A stretch of DNA of 64,000 nucleotides from Folioceros fuciformis (taxonomy: Eukaryota). The stretch covers positions 84,582 to 148,581 of the forward strand of contig JBNGIO010006220.1 of the NCBI GenBank assembly GCA_049999805.1, written 5' to 3'. Below, one piece after another: positions 46,401-58,287 of the stretch. Every line of letters starts with the position of its first letter. Within the stretch, counting starts at the first letter, position 1. The notes under the pieces were generated by a model, which saw nothing but the letters and a program-made list of their open reading frames with translations, ran no database searches and was not told the DNA's origin. The translations under genes and the position numbers were made by a program.

Positions 46401-47900
46401 GTTACTACATCCACCAAATGGATGTACAGATGGCTTTCCTTAATGGCCTCCTTGAAGAAGAGATATATATGATGCAACCTGAAGGTTACATTTGATGCCA
46501 AGCACCCAAGCAAGGTTTGTAGGCTGAAGAAAACCTAGTACGGCCTCAAACAATCGAATCGTGGGTGGAACTTGAGGTTGCACACATATCTTGTAAGGAG
46601 AGGGTTTAAGCAATCAGATGCTGATGGCAGTGTCTATGTATATAAGAAGAAAGGGCGAACTACCTACCTAGTGGTGTACGTCGATGACACAATAATATTT
46701 GGGTCCAACGATGGCATGATAAAAGAGGTAAAAAGTATCTTGTCATCAGAATTCAAAATGACAGATTTAGGCCCTTGCAAATCTTTCCTAGGTGTCCAGG
46801 CACTCATGAACCCAGTGACAAGAAGCATATTTCTCCACCAGCAGCATTATGTGAGCAGATTACTTGAGAAGTTCAACATGCAAAATGCAAAGCGGGCAGC
46901 AACTCCAGTTGCAGTGGGGGCTACCCTGACACAAGATCAATATCCCAAGACACTTGCTAAGCAGAAGGAGATGGAGAACATACCATACAGAGTTCTTGTA
47001 GGGTGTTTGCTATGGCTGAGTGGCTGGACCAGACCAAATATTGCCCATGCGACATCAATTACCTCATAGTTCTTAGCCAACCCAGGACACCAGCATTGGA
47101 TAGCTGCTAAGCGCGTCCTCAGGTACCTGAAAGGCACATATGACCTAGGACTCTTGTACAACAAGAAGGGGGTTGATGGAAGCGGTTGGATGGAATGCAA
47201 GACGGACTCCGATTAGGCTGGTGATAAGGACTCGCATAGGTCCATATCAGCATATTGTATTAAAGTGTGTGGGGGCCTCGTTAGCTGGTCCTTGAAGAAG
47301 CAAATAGTGGTTGCACTATCATCTACGGAGGCCGAATATGCGGCAGCCACAACTGCAGCCCAAGAAGTTATGCACCTACGAAATTTCCTAGAAACCCTAG
47401 GTTACTAGCTGCAGGAGCCGACGCCAATGTACTGCGAAATCAGTCTGCCATAGCCATAGCTAGGAATCCTATCTCACATGCTCGGACGAGACATGTGGAG
47501 GTGAAGCAACATTTCATAAGAAATCCAATCGCCAACAAGATAATCAATCTTAGCTACATTCCCACAGATGACAACACAGCTGATTTATTGACCAAGGCTC
47601 TAGCAAAGGAGAGACATAACCTGCATGTTGTTGGGCTTGGCTTGAGACAGAGATTTGACATTGAAGCTGAGAAGAAAGAAAATGAAGTGACCAAGAAGAC
47701 TGGCGGCGACTAACGGCTGCGACTAAGTGGGGGTGCAAAGGGAAGCCTAGGAATAGTCTAGCGTCAGCTAGTCAACAGATAGGTTAAGTTAAATAAGTTT
47801 TAGCTAGGGCTAGTTAGCCTAGTGTGAAAGGACACACAATTACACAATACCTAACCGCCATAGCTTATGGCATAAGACACTACACCTTGTTTTCTATGTA
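43436..47900 (+). mobile_element. Ty1/copia LTR retrotransposon with degenerate gag-pol
   Basis: Gag (FSGANYDVWARRVK, zinc knuckle), protease WFVDSGAS, integrase IDDYSRY/LRTDNGGEF, RT RFKARLVVRGFSQ/YVDD and RNase H ALSSTEAEY. Several stops and frameshifts. PPT-like aagtggggg followed by TG at about 47734. Confidence 0.93.
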
Positions 47901-49507
47901 CACGATTATTCTCAAGCAAAATGCTTCTCCTAATTTTGTAAAGGAATGGAAAGCTTTGGTGGAGAACGAATGTGGTGACCAACTTAAGATACTTTGTAGT
48001 GACAATGGAGGCCAATATGTATCTTCTCTTTTTCAGCATTTTTGTAAGGCAAATGGCATTATTCAGCAACTCATGATTCCACACACTCCTCAACAAAATG
48101 AAGTGGCAAAGCACAAAATACGTAGCCTTGTCTATATGTTTTTGGGAGAAGCTGTTATGACGACCACGTATTTGTTAAACAAAGTTCCGATAAAGGCCGT
48201 ACCCGACATGACTCCAGCTATTTGTTAAACAAAGTTCCGACAAAGGCTGTACCCGACATGACTCCAGCTATTTGTTAAACAATGTTCCGACTTGTTAAAC
48301 AAAGTTCCGACAAAGGCTGTACCCGACATGACTCCAGCTATTTGCTAAACAAAGTTCCGACAAAGGCCGTACCTGACATGACTCCAGAGGAAACGTGGTA
48401 TGGCATCAAGCCTGACATTAGCTATTTACGGATATTTGGTTCTGCGGTTTATGCCCATGTTCCGAAGGCCAACCGGACCAAGTGGGATGCGATGTGCATT
48501 AAATGCTCATAAAATGCCTTATGTTTGGTTACTCAACTAGACCAAGTGGGATGCGATATGCATTAAATGCTCATAAAATGCCTTATGTTTGGTTACTCAA
48601 CCGGACCAAGTGGGATGCAATATGCATTAAATGCTCATAAAATGCCTTATGTTTGGTTACTCAAATGAGGTTAAAGGGTATCGGTTATATAATCTTACAA
48701 CGAAGAAGATCTTTTTTAGTTGGGATGTTGTATTTCATGAGGTTGTCGAACCTACCAAAGGAGTGGGAGGTCCAAAGACTGCCTCGTCAAATTGTCGTGA
48801 CCATGTTGGGGGTTTAGGGTCCTAGTAACAACTCGATGCCAACTACTCCCATACATGCGATACCTTTTCAACTTTGTGACATAGACAGGGGAGAGAGAGA
48901 AACTCCCAATGTCCTTGCAGTTGGAGAAGTAGATGAAGCTCCAAGTATCGTTGTGATTGAAGATGGCGAAGATTATAGCATTCCAAAGATATAGCCTATC
49001 TTACATACATCAACTAGAGAAAGGAAACCTTCACGAAAGCTCTTAGACTCCATCAATGATTGTGTGAGGAGGAATTGGCATGTTTTGTACATGCTGCAAA
49101 ACTACGAAGCTTAAAGGAAGCATTCCAAGGTCTAAAGGCAAAGGAATGGAGAGAGGTTGTGGATAGTGAATACCACTCACTTATTAAAAATAAAACTTGG
49201 ATAATTACTCCTCTACCTCCTAAAGAAAAAGCATAGGGTCCAAGTGGACATTCAAGTTCAAGTGGAAAGACCAAGAGTAGCATAGAGCGCTACAAGGCAA
49301 GGACAAAACATATCAAAGTCAAGCATCACTTCATTAGAGAGAAAGTTCAATATAAGGAAATAGAATTAGCTTATTGTTGTATAGAGAACATGCTCACTGA
49401 TAATCTTACATAGGGTCTAGCCTTAGAGAAACACATGAAGTTTATCAAGATGCTAGGGTTAACTGAGTAAGTCTTATAGCTTAGCCTGTACATGTGTTAA
49501 ATGGGAG
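47901..49507 (+). mobile_element. Second copia fragment: integrase with internal tandem duplications, RT mostly deleted
   Basis: LKILCSDNGGQY, IPHTPQQN, PDISYLRIFG, FGYSNEVKGYRL. 50-bp repeats at 48169-48390 and 64-bp repeats at 48471-48665. ERYKAR joins directly to TKHIKVKHHFIRE. Confidence 0.88.
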
Positions 49508-49721
49508 TGTTAGAAACCCATAGAGTGTGTGCAACACATCTAAACTAGAATATGGAGAGTGTATCCCAGATATGTAAGATAATACCACGGTTGAGAGGTA
49601 TTGTTTATCCTCATCGAGGTATCGTCATGCTTAAAGGCTATCTATGTATGTGTGGGTGATCAATCTAGGCGTACTCAACCAAGGATTGATCTTGTGACTC
49701 ACTACTCACTATTTTCTAACA
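49508..49721 (+). mobile_element. 3' LTR (214 bp) of the second copia element
   Basis: Follows a purine-rich tract (aaatgggag) and is bounded by 9-bp inverted termini TGTTAGAAA...TTTCTAACA. Confidence 0.8.
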
Positions 49722-50045
49722 GACTCAAGGTAATAGTCTACTACCTTTCAATACTTAAAAAATCCTCACCCTTAGCTACAACAGCCAACAAACCCTAAGT
49801 CTAACAAGGGCACACCCCCTAATAGTTTCTCCAAGACTAGTAGACTAAAGATAGTGGTCTACTACCTTCTAGTACTTGAAAAATCCTCCCCCCGCCCTCA
49901 CCTTAACTACAGCCAACAAACCCTAAGTCTAATAGGGGCACGCCCCTAATAGTTTCTCCAAAACTAGGGTTCTAAAGGTAGTGGTCTACGACCTTCCAAT
50001 ACGTGAAAAATCCTCACCCCCTCACCCTTAGCTACAGCAGCCACC
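49722..50045. repeat. ~120-bp unit repeated about 2.6 times, containing telo-box AAACCCTAA
   Basis: aaggtag/tagtctactaccttc...aaaaatcctc...acagcca recurs three times; AAACCCTAA at 49790 and 49918. Confidence 0.8.
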
Positions 50046-50774
50046 GCTGTTGTACAAAGCTCCATACACCTAGAGTGTCGGTAGACAACAACTTCGTGTT
50101 GGTTGTTGGAGCTGAAGAAGGGAGTGGAATCACGACGACTTAAAGTATTGTATTGTCTCGACCCTCTTTTCGTTCCCTTTTTTTTCTTCCCCTTTGGTGC
50201 GAATGTACTCTCGTCTCTCTCCGTGACCGCAACACTGTTGTGGGTTGGAGCTAGCTGGCTGCTTGCTTTTCCTTGCGGCCGCCAGCAGGCTGCTGGCTCC
50301 GAGCCCGCACCTGCCAGATCCCACTTTTGGCCCGCCATCTCCCTCTGCTTCCGCGGACAGAGCAGATCTGCGCGCTTCAGATTTGCTTGCTCCGCGGATC
50401 TGCGTTTTCATACTCGTCAATTTGCAGGAGAGGTCTCGTGGGGTCGTTATTTGCTCCGTCTCAAACGATATAGGGCCTGCAAAGGCGGCAGGTAATGCAG
50501 CCTTTGTAGATGTGAGGGATCCGGTGCTTTTCTATCGGCTGGCCTCTCCGGATCCCCCGTTTTTTTTTCTTTCCGTGGGTGTGGTTGTTGACCCTCCCGA
50601 TTATTGTGGTGGTGCGGCTGCGATGTACTCTTCCACCAAGGCGACTTTGTTGTTTTTCTTTGTTTTCGTGCCCTTGCCCGGCTTCGTCCGCCTCGTCTGT
50701 CTTGCAGTTGTGGTGACCCTGTGGATTTAGCGCGCTTAGGTTTGCTGTGTCCGGACCGGGTAGGGCGTGTGTCA

Positions 50775-52570
50775 ATGGCGTCCGCCTCGGCAGCAGTCAA
50801 ACTGAGGGAGCTTCAATCGCAGCCGGCGAACAAAACATGTGTGGATTGCTCGCAGAAGAACCCGCAGTGGGCCTCCGTGTCGTACGGCATCTTTATGTGT
50901 CTGGAGTGTTCCGGGAAGCATCGGGGCCTAGGGGTCCACATCTCGTTTGTTCGCTCCGTGTCCATGGATTCCTGGTCCGAAATACAGCTGAAGAAGATGC
51001 AGGCGGGGGGCAATGCTGCTCTCAACAGCTTTCTGGCCGAGTATGGGATTGCCAAGGACACGGAGATCGTGGCCAAGTACAACACCAAGGCCGCGGGAAT
51101 TTACCGGGATAGGATCCAAGCCCTTGCCGAGGGTCGACCTTGGAGGGCACCTCCTGTTGTGAAGGAGGTGGTGGCTTCTGGGAACGGGTCTGTCCAGCGG
51201 GTTAGATCCGCAAGCGCTGAGGGGTTTGGATCGAGCGAGAAGTTCTCCCAGGGCTGGGATGACTGGGGTACGGAGGATGCGAGCCGGGGGAACCAGGGGA
51301 TCAGACGCAACCAATCGGCCGGCTCTTTCCCTGAAAACGGGGCTGGCGGGCTGCCGAGAGCTCACTCTTCGGAAGGCATTTACAGCAAGTCTCAACTGGA
51401 AGCATCAGCTGCTGGCAAGGATGCTTTCTTTGCCCGGAAACAGCTTGAGAATGCCTCCAGACCTGAGGGTCTTCCTCCTTCTCAAGGAGGCAAATACGTT
51501 GGTTTTGGGTCAGCCGGTAGCCGGCCTCCTCAGGTGAGTAGAGGAGGCTCGACTGGTGGGGGCGACATGCTCAAAGACACCGTCTCTGTCGTCTCCCAGG
51601 TACGGTACTGAAAGCATGCCTTTTGGCTGCAATACATCATCTTCATCCAGTGCATGACCACGGCTCATTTTGAGCTTCTCGTTATGTTGGGCTTTGCAGG
51701 GATTGAGTCGTTTGTCTGTCGTTGCCGCATCCGCTGCTCAACAAGCGGCCACAGCTGTGCAGGCCGGCACCAAGGACTTGACGATCAAGGTAAGTCATTA
51801 GTTGCATTACCTCTGGGCCTTTGTACCTTTAAGAACACGGGGGCCGAACAGTAGTGTTACGTGCCTTCTTGGTGCCACAACTGCAGGTTCGAGAGGGGGG
51901 TTACGATCAAAAGGTCAATGAGACTGTGTCTGTGGTCGCCGCCAAGACAACGGAAATTGGTCAGAAGACGTGGGGCATTATGAGAGGTGTCATGGCTATG
52001 GCTTCCCAGACAGTGGAGTCTTACACGAAGGAGGGCAAGGTTTTTGGCAACTACCAGGATCAAAGTTATCAACATTACGGAGAGGAGGGTCGTTATGAGC
52101 AGATCCATACTGGTGCGTCCTGGGATGTTTGGGACAAGGACAGTAAGGATACAGCGAAGAAAGGCGAGAGTAGCTGGAATGGGTGGAATACGACGCAGGA
52201 ACGCCCAGAAACGGAAGTGAGCAACACCAGTGTGAAAACGAGCGGCAAGTGGGAAGACAAGCAGCAGCAAGCGACCGGACTTGGCAGCTCGAAGGTCAAG
52301 GGCAGCGGTTCTTGGGATGAGTGGGACGAGAAGCCGGTGTGGCAAAGTGCTAGTGCTACCAACACAAGCGTTGGCTCCAGTACTGCGTTGAATCAGGAGG
52401 TGAAGCCCATGAACGGGAGTGGAGATTCCTGGACCGGATGGGGCGACGGAAAAGTGGATACAGAGGGGACCTTCTTCACTCTGCAGGAAGACACACCCAG
52501 CTCCATGAATAAAGGATGGAACGACTGGAACGACGGGGATGTGACCTGGACGGAATCTGGCTTCAAGTAG
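50775..52570 (+). CDS. AGD7: ADP-ribosylation factor GTPase-activating protein, AGD6/AGD7 (ArfGAP1) type
   Basis: [40 protein letters not shown] and [14 protein letters not shown]. Exons 50775-51599, 51700-51789 and 51887-52570. Confidence 0.92.
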
Positions 52571-53174
52571 TGTCAGGACTTGCATACTTACAGTGCGTTG
52601 TGTACCCATTACTGCTAGTACATAAGTGCTAAGCTGCAATAACATCTTCCCTCTCTCCATTGCGACGGCCTCCAGGTCCTGTGCGGGCTGGCCGGCTCAT
52701 ACCGCCCTTCCCGATTATTAGGCAGCCCTGTTCACCTCATTCTGAGAATCAGAGGTACATTGCATCTGTGCCATGTTTGTATGCTACGTACACATGCTGC
52801 AAGTAGATGCTTCGTTGCCGACCACGAGCTACACAGCAGCCCCTAGACCGAGTCAAGGGTTTTAGGTCTGCCAGGCAGTGTCGTCCGCAGAGCCTTGTTG
52901 GTGTAAAAGGCAAATGAAGCGTGGGAAGCGGGAAGGCTGTGAGAGTTTGTGGGGGGGGAAAGCCCGCCCTATCCGACTGGATGAACTGGAATGTTGCATG
53001 GTGAGGAGTCACGGTGTTGGCAGGCTTGCCCTAAATTAGAGGGAGTTGAGAAGCATCTGCAAGAGTGGGGCCTGTATCTGGCCGGTGCGGCGTAGGTTTC
53101 TGTCGGGGGTTTTGGTCTCGGAACTCGAGTCACAGTCGTGCCCAACTCGAACTGCGAACTTCTCAGCCAGCCGG

Positions 53175-55443
53175 ATGGCAACGACGTCTGGAGGATCGGC
53201 CCCGGAGCAGCCCGAGTCGCCAGGGGTCACAAGAGTATCCAGCGGAGACCACCGCACAACGAACTCCGTCGTCAAGAGGTCCAGAGATGACGATGGCTCA
53301 ACAGGGGAGAAGAAGTGGGCAGGCTGGCCTGGGGATAACGTCTTTCGCTTGATCGTCCCTGCCTCCAAGGTTGGGAGCATAATTGGTCGCAAAGGGGAAT
53401 TCGTTAAGAAGATGTGCGATGAGACCCGATCTCGGATTAAGATTTTGGAAGGTGTTCAAGGGACACACGAGCGTATTGTGAGTTTGCCCTTCTACTGTCA
53501 ATTCTGTTGGTGGACTTGATTGCTGTGCCTGACAGTCTGTCTTTCGTGAGTTATCCTTTGCATCCATTCCACGACATCCGACTCCCATCTTTCCGGATCT
53601 CTAGCTCGCAACAGAATCAAATCACTCCACCCCTCTCTCCCCTCCTCCTCCTGGAATTGTTGTCATATTCTGCTTTGAACCAAGTGCTCAGAAACTGTGA
53701 TCGGCAGGCAACGCATGGCCTCATTCTGGATTGCTCGAACTTATCAGGTAATGGTGTCTGCGCGAGAAGATCCAGAAGTAGCCTCGTCTCCAGCCATGGA
53801 AGGACTTCTGCGAGTTCATCGCCGTGTTATTGAGGGCTCTGATCCTGATGGAGACGACGGACCTGTGGAGCGGGGTGGTGGGGCGGCCGTTGCATCTCGG
53901 TTATTGGTGGCAGCCACACAGGCCGGGAGCCTCATTGGGAGGGGAGGTGCAACCATTAAGTCCATCCAGGACAGTTCTGGTGCAACTGTACGGGTTTTGT
54001 CACCTGGTTCGTTCTCGCACTTGGACTTTTGCTTGGTGTTTATCTATGAATGTTGTCATGGACGGGGAGGGAAAGGGAAGCACTAGTTATGCGTGGCGGA
54101 GCAGAATCTGGGTTGAGCTTTCATTTATTCAATCACATTCTTTTGACACAGTTTTTTCAATGTCGTGTAGAGGATCTGCCTCTGTGTGCATTATCAGATG
54201 ATAGGGTGGTAGAGATACAGGGAGAGGCCCGCAGTGTTCACAGGGCAGTGGAGCTTATTGTCTCACATCTTCGGAAGTTCCTTGTTGACCGCAGCGTACT
54301 CACTTTGTTTGAATACAACGTAAGTTGTTGGAAGCTATTCTGAGTTGTCAGTGCTGGGGAGGGGTGAGCGTGGGTGGGAGGTGTCCTTTTTAGGTCCAGG
54401 AATGAATGAGGTCAGCCATCAGCTGACCCATCGCTTCACTAATCAGATGGTTTGGAATTGTTCAGCGGGCTGTTGCAAATCAACCTCAGAGTCAAAATGC
54501 ACACGGTTCATGGGCACATTCTCCTGGACCTGCTGTAGGCTCGGGTGGAGGAAGTGGACTTGGCAGCTCTTCACACTATGGGTCTTCTTCTCTCCAGCAT
54601 GAATCATTTTATCACTCACCTGATCTGGTTCGTGAATCATCCAATTATCATCATGCGGTTACTATGTATGGCAGAGATCCTAGTCTTGGAGGACATTTGA
54701 CGACTTCCGTTGTTCCACCACAGCCAGCTCCTGTACTTGCACAGGTTTGCGCTCACTGTTTTTGTTTAATATTCGTCTGCTTTCTCAAGCTCAGCTCACG
54801 GAGTACAAGAAGTCAACTGGTGCTACAGTTACGTCTTGTGCCTTGCTTGTGGTAGACATTCAAGGCGATTCCTCCGGAGCCTCTCGCTCTCCAACCGCGG
54901 GACTTTCCGATAACACACGAGATGCAAATTCCGCTGTCATTCGCTGAAGTCATCATAGGAGTTGGTGGGACTACCATCGGTTACGTTAGGCGCACTAGCG
55001 GAGCGACTATCACCATTCAAGAAACTAAGCCAGGGGATATGACAGTGAAGATCATTGGCGGACCTACTCAAGTGCGAACTGCCTTGCAGTTGATTCAGGT
55101 ATGTTTCGAAGCTCGTGTGGTTGGAGGTTGATGCATGTGCAATTCGTGCCTAGGGCGGAAACTTTTGTTTGTTATAAACGGTATACTCCTTGGGTCGCCT
55201 TGATTTTTGTGAGAAAGCAACGCTTTGATATCACGTTCGAAGGTCTGCATCCGCTAACGAGACGGATCTTGTTTTGTGCAGAAGTTGATGGCAGGTGCTT
55301 CAGGCCCCCTCCCTTCATTCTCCTCAGTTGATTCTGGTTTCTCCTCCTTTACTCCTCAAAACTCCGTATACTCAACCCCGAATGCCAGCGGAGGGCATTC
55401 GGGTGGAGCTTACGGTGCATACAGCAACAGTTTTGCGTACTAG
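53175..55443 (+). CDS. FLK: Triple-KH RNA-binding protein of the FLK/PEPPER family
   Basis: [56 protein letters not shown] and [13 protein letters not shown]. Exons 53175-53477, 53748-54006, 54171-54319, 54466-54744, 54856-55098 and 55282-55443. Confidence 0.88.
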
Positions 55444-55957
55444 GTTAAGCTGGTCTGCTGTGATCTGCAGAATACAAAGTGTTCTGCTTTGTAAACTGTG
55501 CAGTTCCCCCTATTTACGGGTAGTTTTGATAGAGTTCCGTCAGTTCCTTGCATCTCGTGGACGGATACGAGCGGAATTTTTGGATTATTGAACGGAGCGG
55601 AACAATTTGTTAAGTTAATGAATCGGTTTCTAATGTCCTAGAAGTTTGGAATGTTGCAGGGAGTGCCCCAGTTTTCAAGGGTTTATCTTCACACATGGAA
55701 GAACTTTCACTCTCTGAAGATTTATGGCACAGCTGTGAATAATTCGAACGATGCTGCCACAGAGATAAGTGATGTAGGTCTGTACCAAATCTGTAAACCT
55801 TTGCAGTCAAGTTGCCGGGACGTATTACGGAACGTTACTGTCGCGTCCTCTAATGAGATGGATCAAGCTGTATTTTCAGTGACGCGATAGAAGGGCTCTG
55901 CATCTCTCCGCCGGGGAGCACAGCCTGAGTGACACCTGAGCGATTAAGCCCCGAGCC

Positions 55958-56743
55958 ATGGCGGCGTGCGTATCAGGAACCTGGACCGCCCGAGGGGCGG
56001 CGACTGCTGCCTCGACGCGCTCTTTCGAAGCTAGTGCCAGTACGTCCTCTGCTGCTGCTTCAGGCAGGCCATGCCGACCGGGCGCAGCGGTACCGCCTCT
56101 CTCTTGCGCAACATCCAGCTCCGCGTTGAGCTTGCGATCCGCTCTGCTCGGATCCCGGCTGGGCCTTTCCCGCCCTTCCTGTAGGTCGGGAGCGAGGCAA
56201 ACCGCCGCCCCGGTTGCCAGGGCGGCCAAGCTCACGGGAGAAGACCCCGAGTGGTCGGACGACGACTACGTTGTGCTAGGCTTGGCGCATTGCTTTGTCA
56301 AGGATGAGGGGGGCAAGCTCAAGGACAAGTTCGTGGTGGAGGCCATCCCGGCCGGAGGTCTGGAGTGCATGGACAACGGCGGTGCCACTTGCTACAAGCA
56401 CGCCACGGCTACCACCCTAGGAGTGGCTCTGAAGCAGGACGTGAGCCTCCTTCCTAAGGAGTTTACTGGCACTCAGTTCTGCGACGAGTTCGATTTTCGG
56501 GCAAAATGCGCATCTCGCACGTGGAAGCGGGAGCACGCGCAGACGAACTTGCTCAACCTTGTGCCGAAGGATGGTGTGCGCTCAGACTTCAACTTCTCCC
56601 TCGCCGACAAGCGTGTGCTCAACATGGAGAACGTTGTGAATGACAGCGACAACATCAAGCAGGACATGAGCATCGATGTCTACGGCAGAACACAGGAAGG
56701 AGAGGAAATGAAAGAGGAGATCGCCAAGTTGTACAGCGTTTGA
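55958..56743 (+). CDS. Intronless hypothetical protein with a predicted chloroplast transit peptide
   Basis: Ala/Ser/Arg-rich first ~90 aa followed by a compact domain (DDYVVLGLAHCF, FCDEFDFRAKCASRTWKR, KRVLN...VNDSDNIKQ). Third codon positions are GC-rich. Confidence 0.8.
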   Translation: MAACVSGTWTARGAATAASTRSFEASASTSSAAASGRPCRPGAAVPPLSCATSSSALSLRSALLGSRLGLSRPSCRSGARQTAAPVARAAKLTGEDPEWSDDDYVVLGLAHCFVKDEGGKLKDKFVVEAIPAGGLECMDNGGATCYKHATATTLGVALKQDVSLLPKEFTGTQFCDEFDFRAKCASRTWKREHAQTNLLNLVPKDGVRSDFNFSLADKRVLNMENVVNDSDNIKQDMSIDVYGRTQEGEEMKEEIAKLYSV

Positions 56744-58287
56744 AGTCATGCAAAGGCTTTCACCGATCTGTAACCAATTTTGAGGTTGTGTGTGCAACTC
56801 ATTGTCTTAGCTTTGTACGTCTATCTCGCTAGAGCTTCAGAGGGTTCGCTACATCGTTAGGATCGGTCCGCTGACTGTTGTGGACGAGTGTTCAATCATT
56901 TTTGTGGCTTGGGGCCGAAGAGTCTGTAATCTGGACATCCGTGGCCCTAACCCCGTTTGCAATTTTTAGCCGTGGCACCTGAGGTATCGCTTCGGATATT
57001 TGGCCTCTTTCGGATAACATTTGCCTGATCTTCCTGCACACGGCTTGAAATCCTCCGGGCTTGTGTTTGTTCGACAACTGTTATGTTCCTGAAATATCTT
57101 TTGTCAAATGTATCTCGTAACTTATTGAAGCCACTTTGCACAGTCCTGTACCTGGGCGTAACATTGGGTACTGCTATGTGTGCCTCTTCTTGATTGGATT
57201 CGTTTTCTCAAACTGCTGTCGAGCTCCGCCACGCATGAGGAGTAGCAATCAGACTTGGCCTTTTCCGTGTGGAGATGCGCTGGCCAGTGTACAATCAATT
57301 CAGCTTGTCGCGAAACAAACCCTTCACCCAACTGCGTTCTTTCCACGTCCTTTCCGGATCTTCCTCAAGGGGCAAAGCCTCTCGTGTTCCTTGCAAAGTC
57401 CGTTCGGCTGAACCATGAAATAACCCATACCGGAAACGGATAATCGGCCTCTTCAACTTGCCATTTTGCGGCAAGGATCTCAACATCCACTCCACTGGAA
57501 TTGGACAGATGACCAGGCTACCATAGCGGCAACAACACACACCTCCTCAATCTCCCCACACTGGCTGTTTGTCGCCGCTTTGCAGTCAAATCTCAAATTG
57601 AATTCCGAGGTCGACGATTATACAGTGATGACACCATGTTACCTGGACGCCAGTTGAGGAACGGGCCCCGCGTCCAGTACCTCCGAGTTCGGCAGTCATC
57701 GCTGCCAGGTGGTCCGAGCTGTGAGTACAGGTTCAGAATCTCCCAGTTAGGGCACGCAACGCACGTTCTTCAAACCACGAAGGTTGACCGCTGAGGCAAC
57801 TGTGGTTCACGGTCGCGGGAACAAATGTCTTGCGGAACTGCCGTCAGGTCTTACCGGAGCTCCGGTGATCTCTCGACCGGCGGCTGACAACGGCCTGTGG
57901 GCAGGTGCCCATGTTTCAAGCTGGGGTCAGCTGGAAAAGGTTGGGAGTCGTTCATTAGAGGGGCCGGTTGGATCTGGGTACATTTATGTCCGCTTGGCCA
58001 ATGCATTGGTTTCTTTAGGGGGTGTCCTCAGGTCATCCCAATATCAGGGAAAAGGACAACTGGGTCCGGAAACACCGAAATCCTTCATCTCTGATCTTCC
58101 TTGCTGTGAGAAGTCGTTGAGGTCATCCATGCCAACAGACTGAGGATCAATCTAGGCTGTATGGAAGTTCGCGCCTACCGTCAACAGTGGGCCTGCTCTG
58201 ACAGCTGCTGGTGAGTCAGTTGGATCTGTCGAAACGGAACTCAGGTGGAGCTTTGACCACGCGTGTCCGAGCTATCTGCAATGAACT

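Noticed and set aside
56890-58200. Short ORFs upstream of RELCH
   Set aside because: No motifs or consistent exon chain. Likely UTR or promoter sequence.
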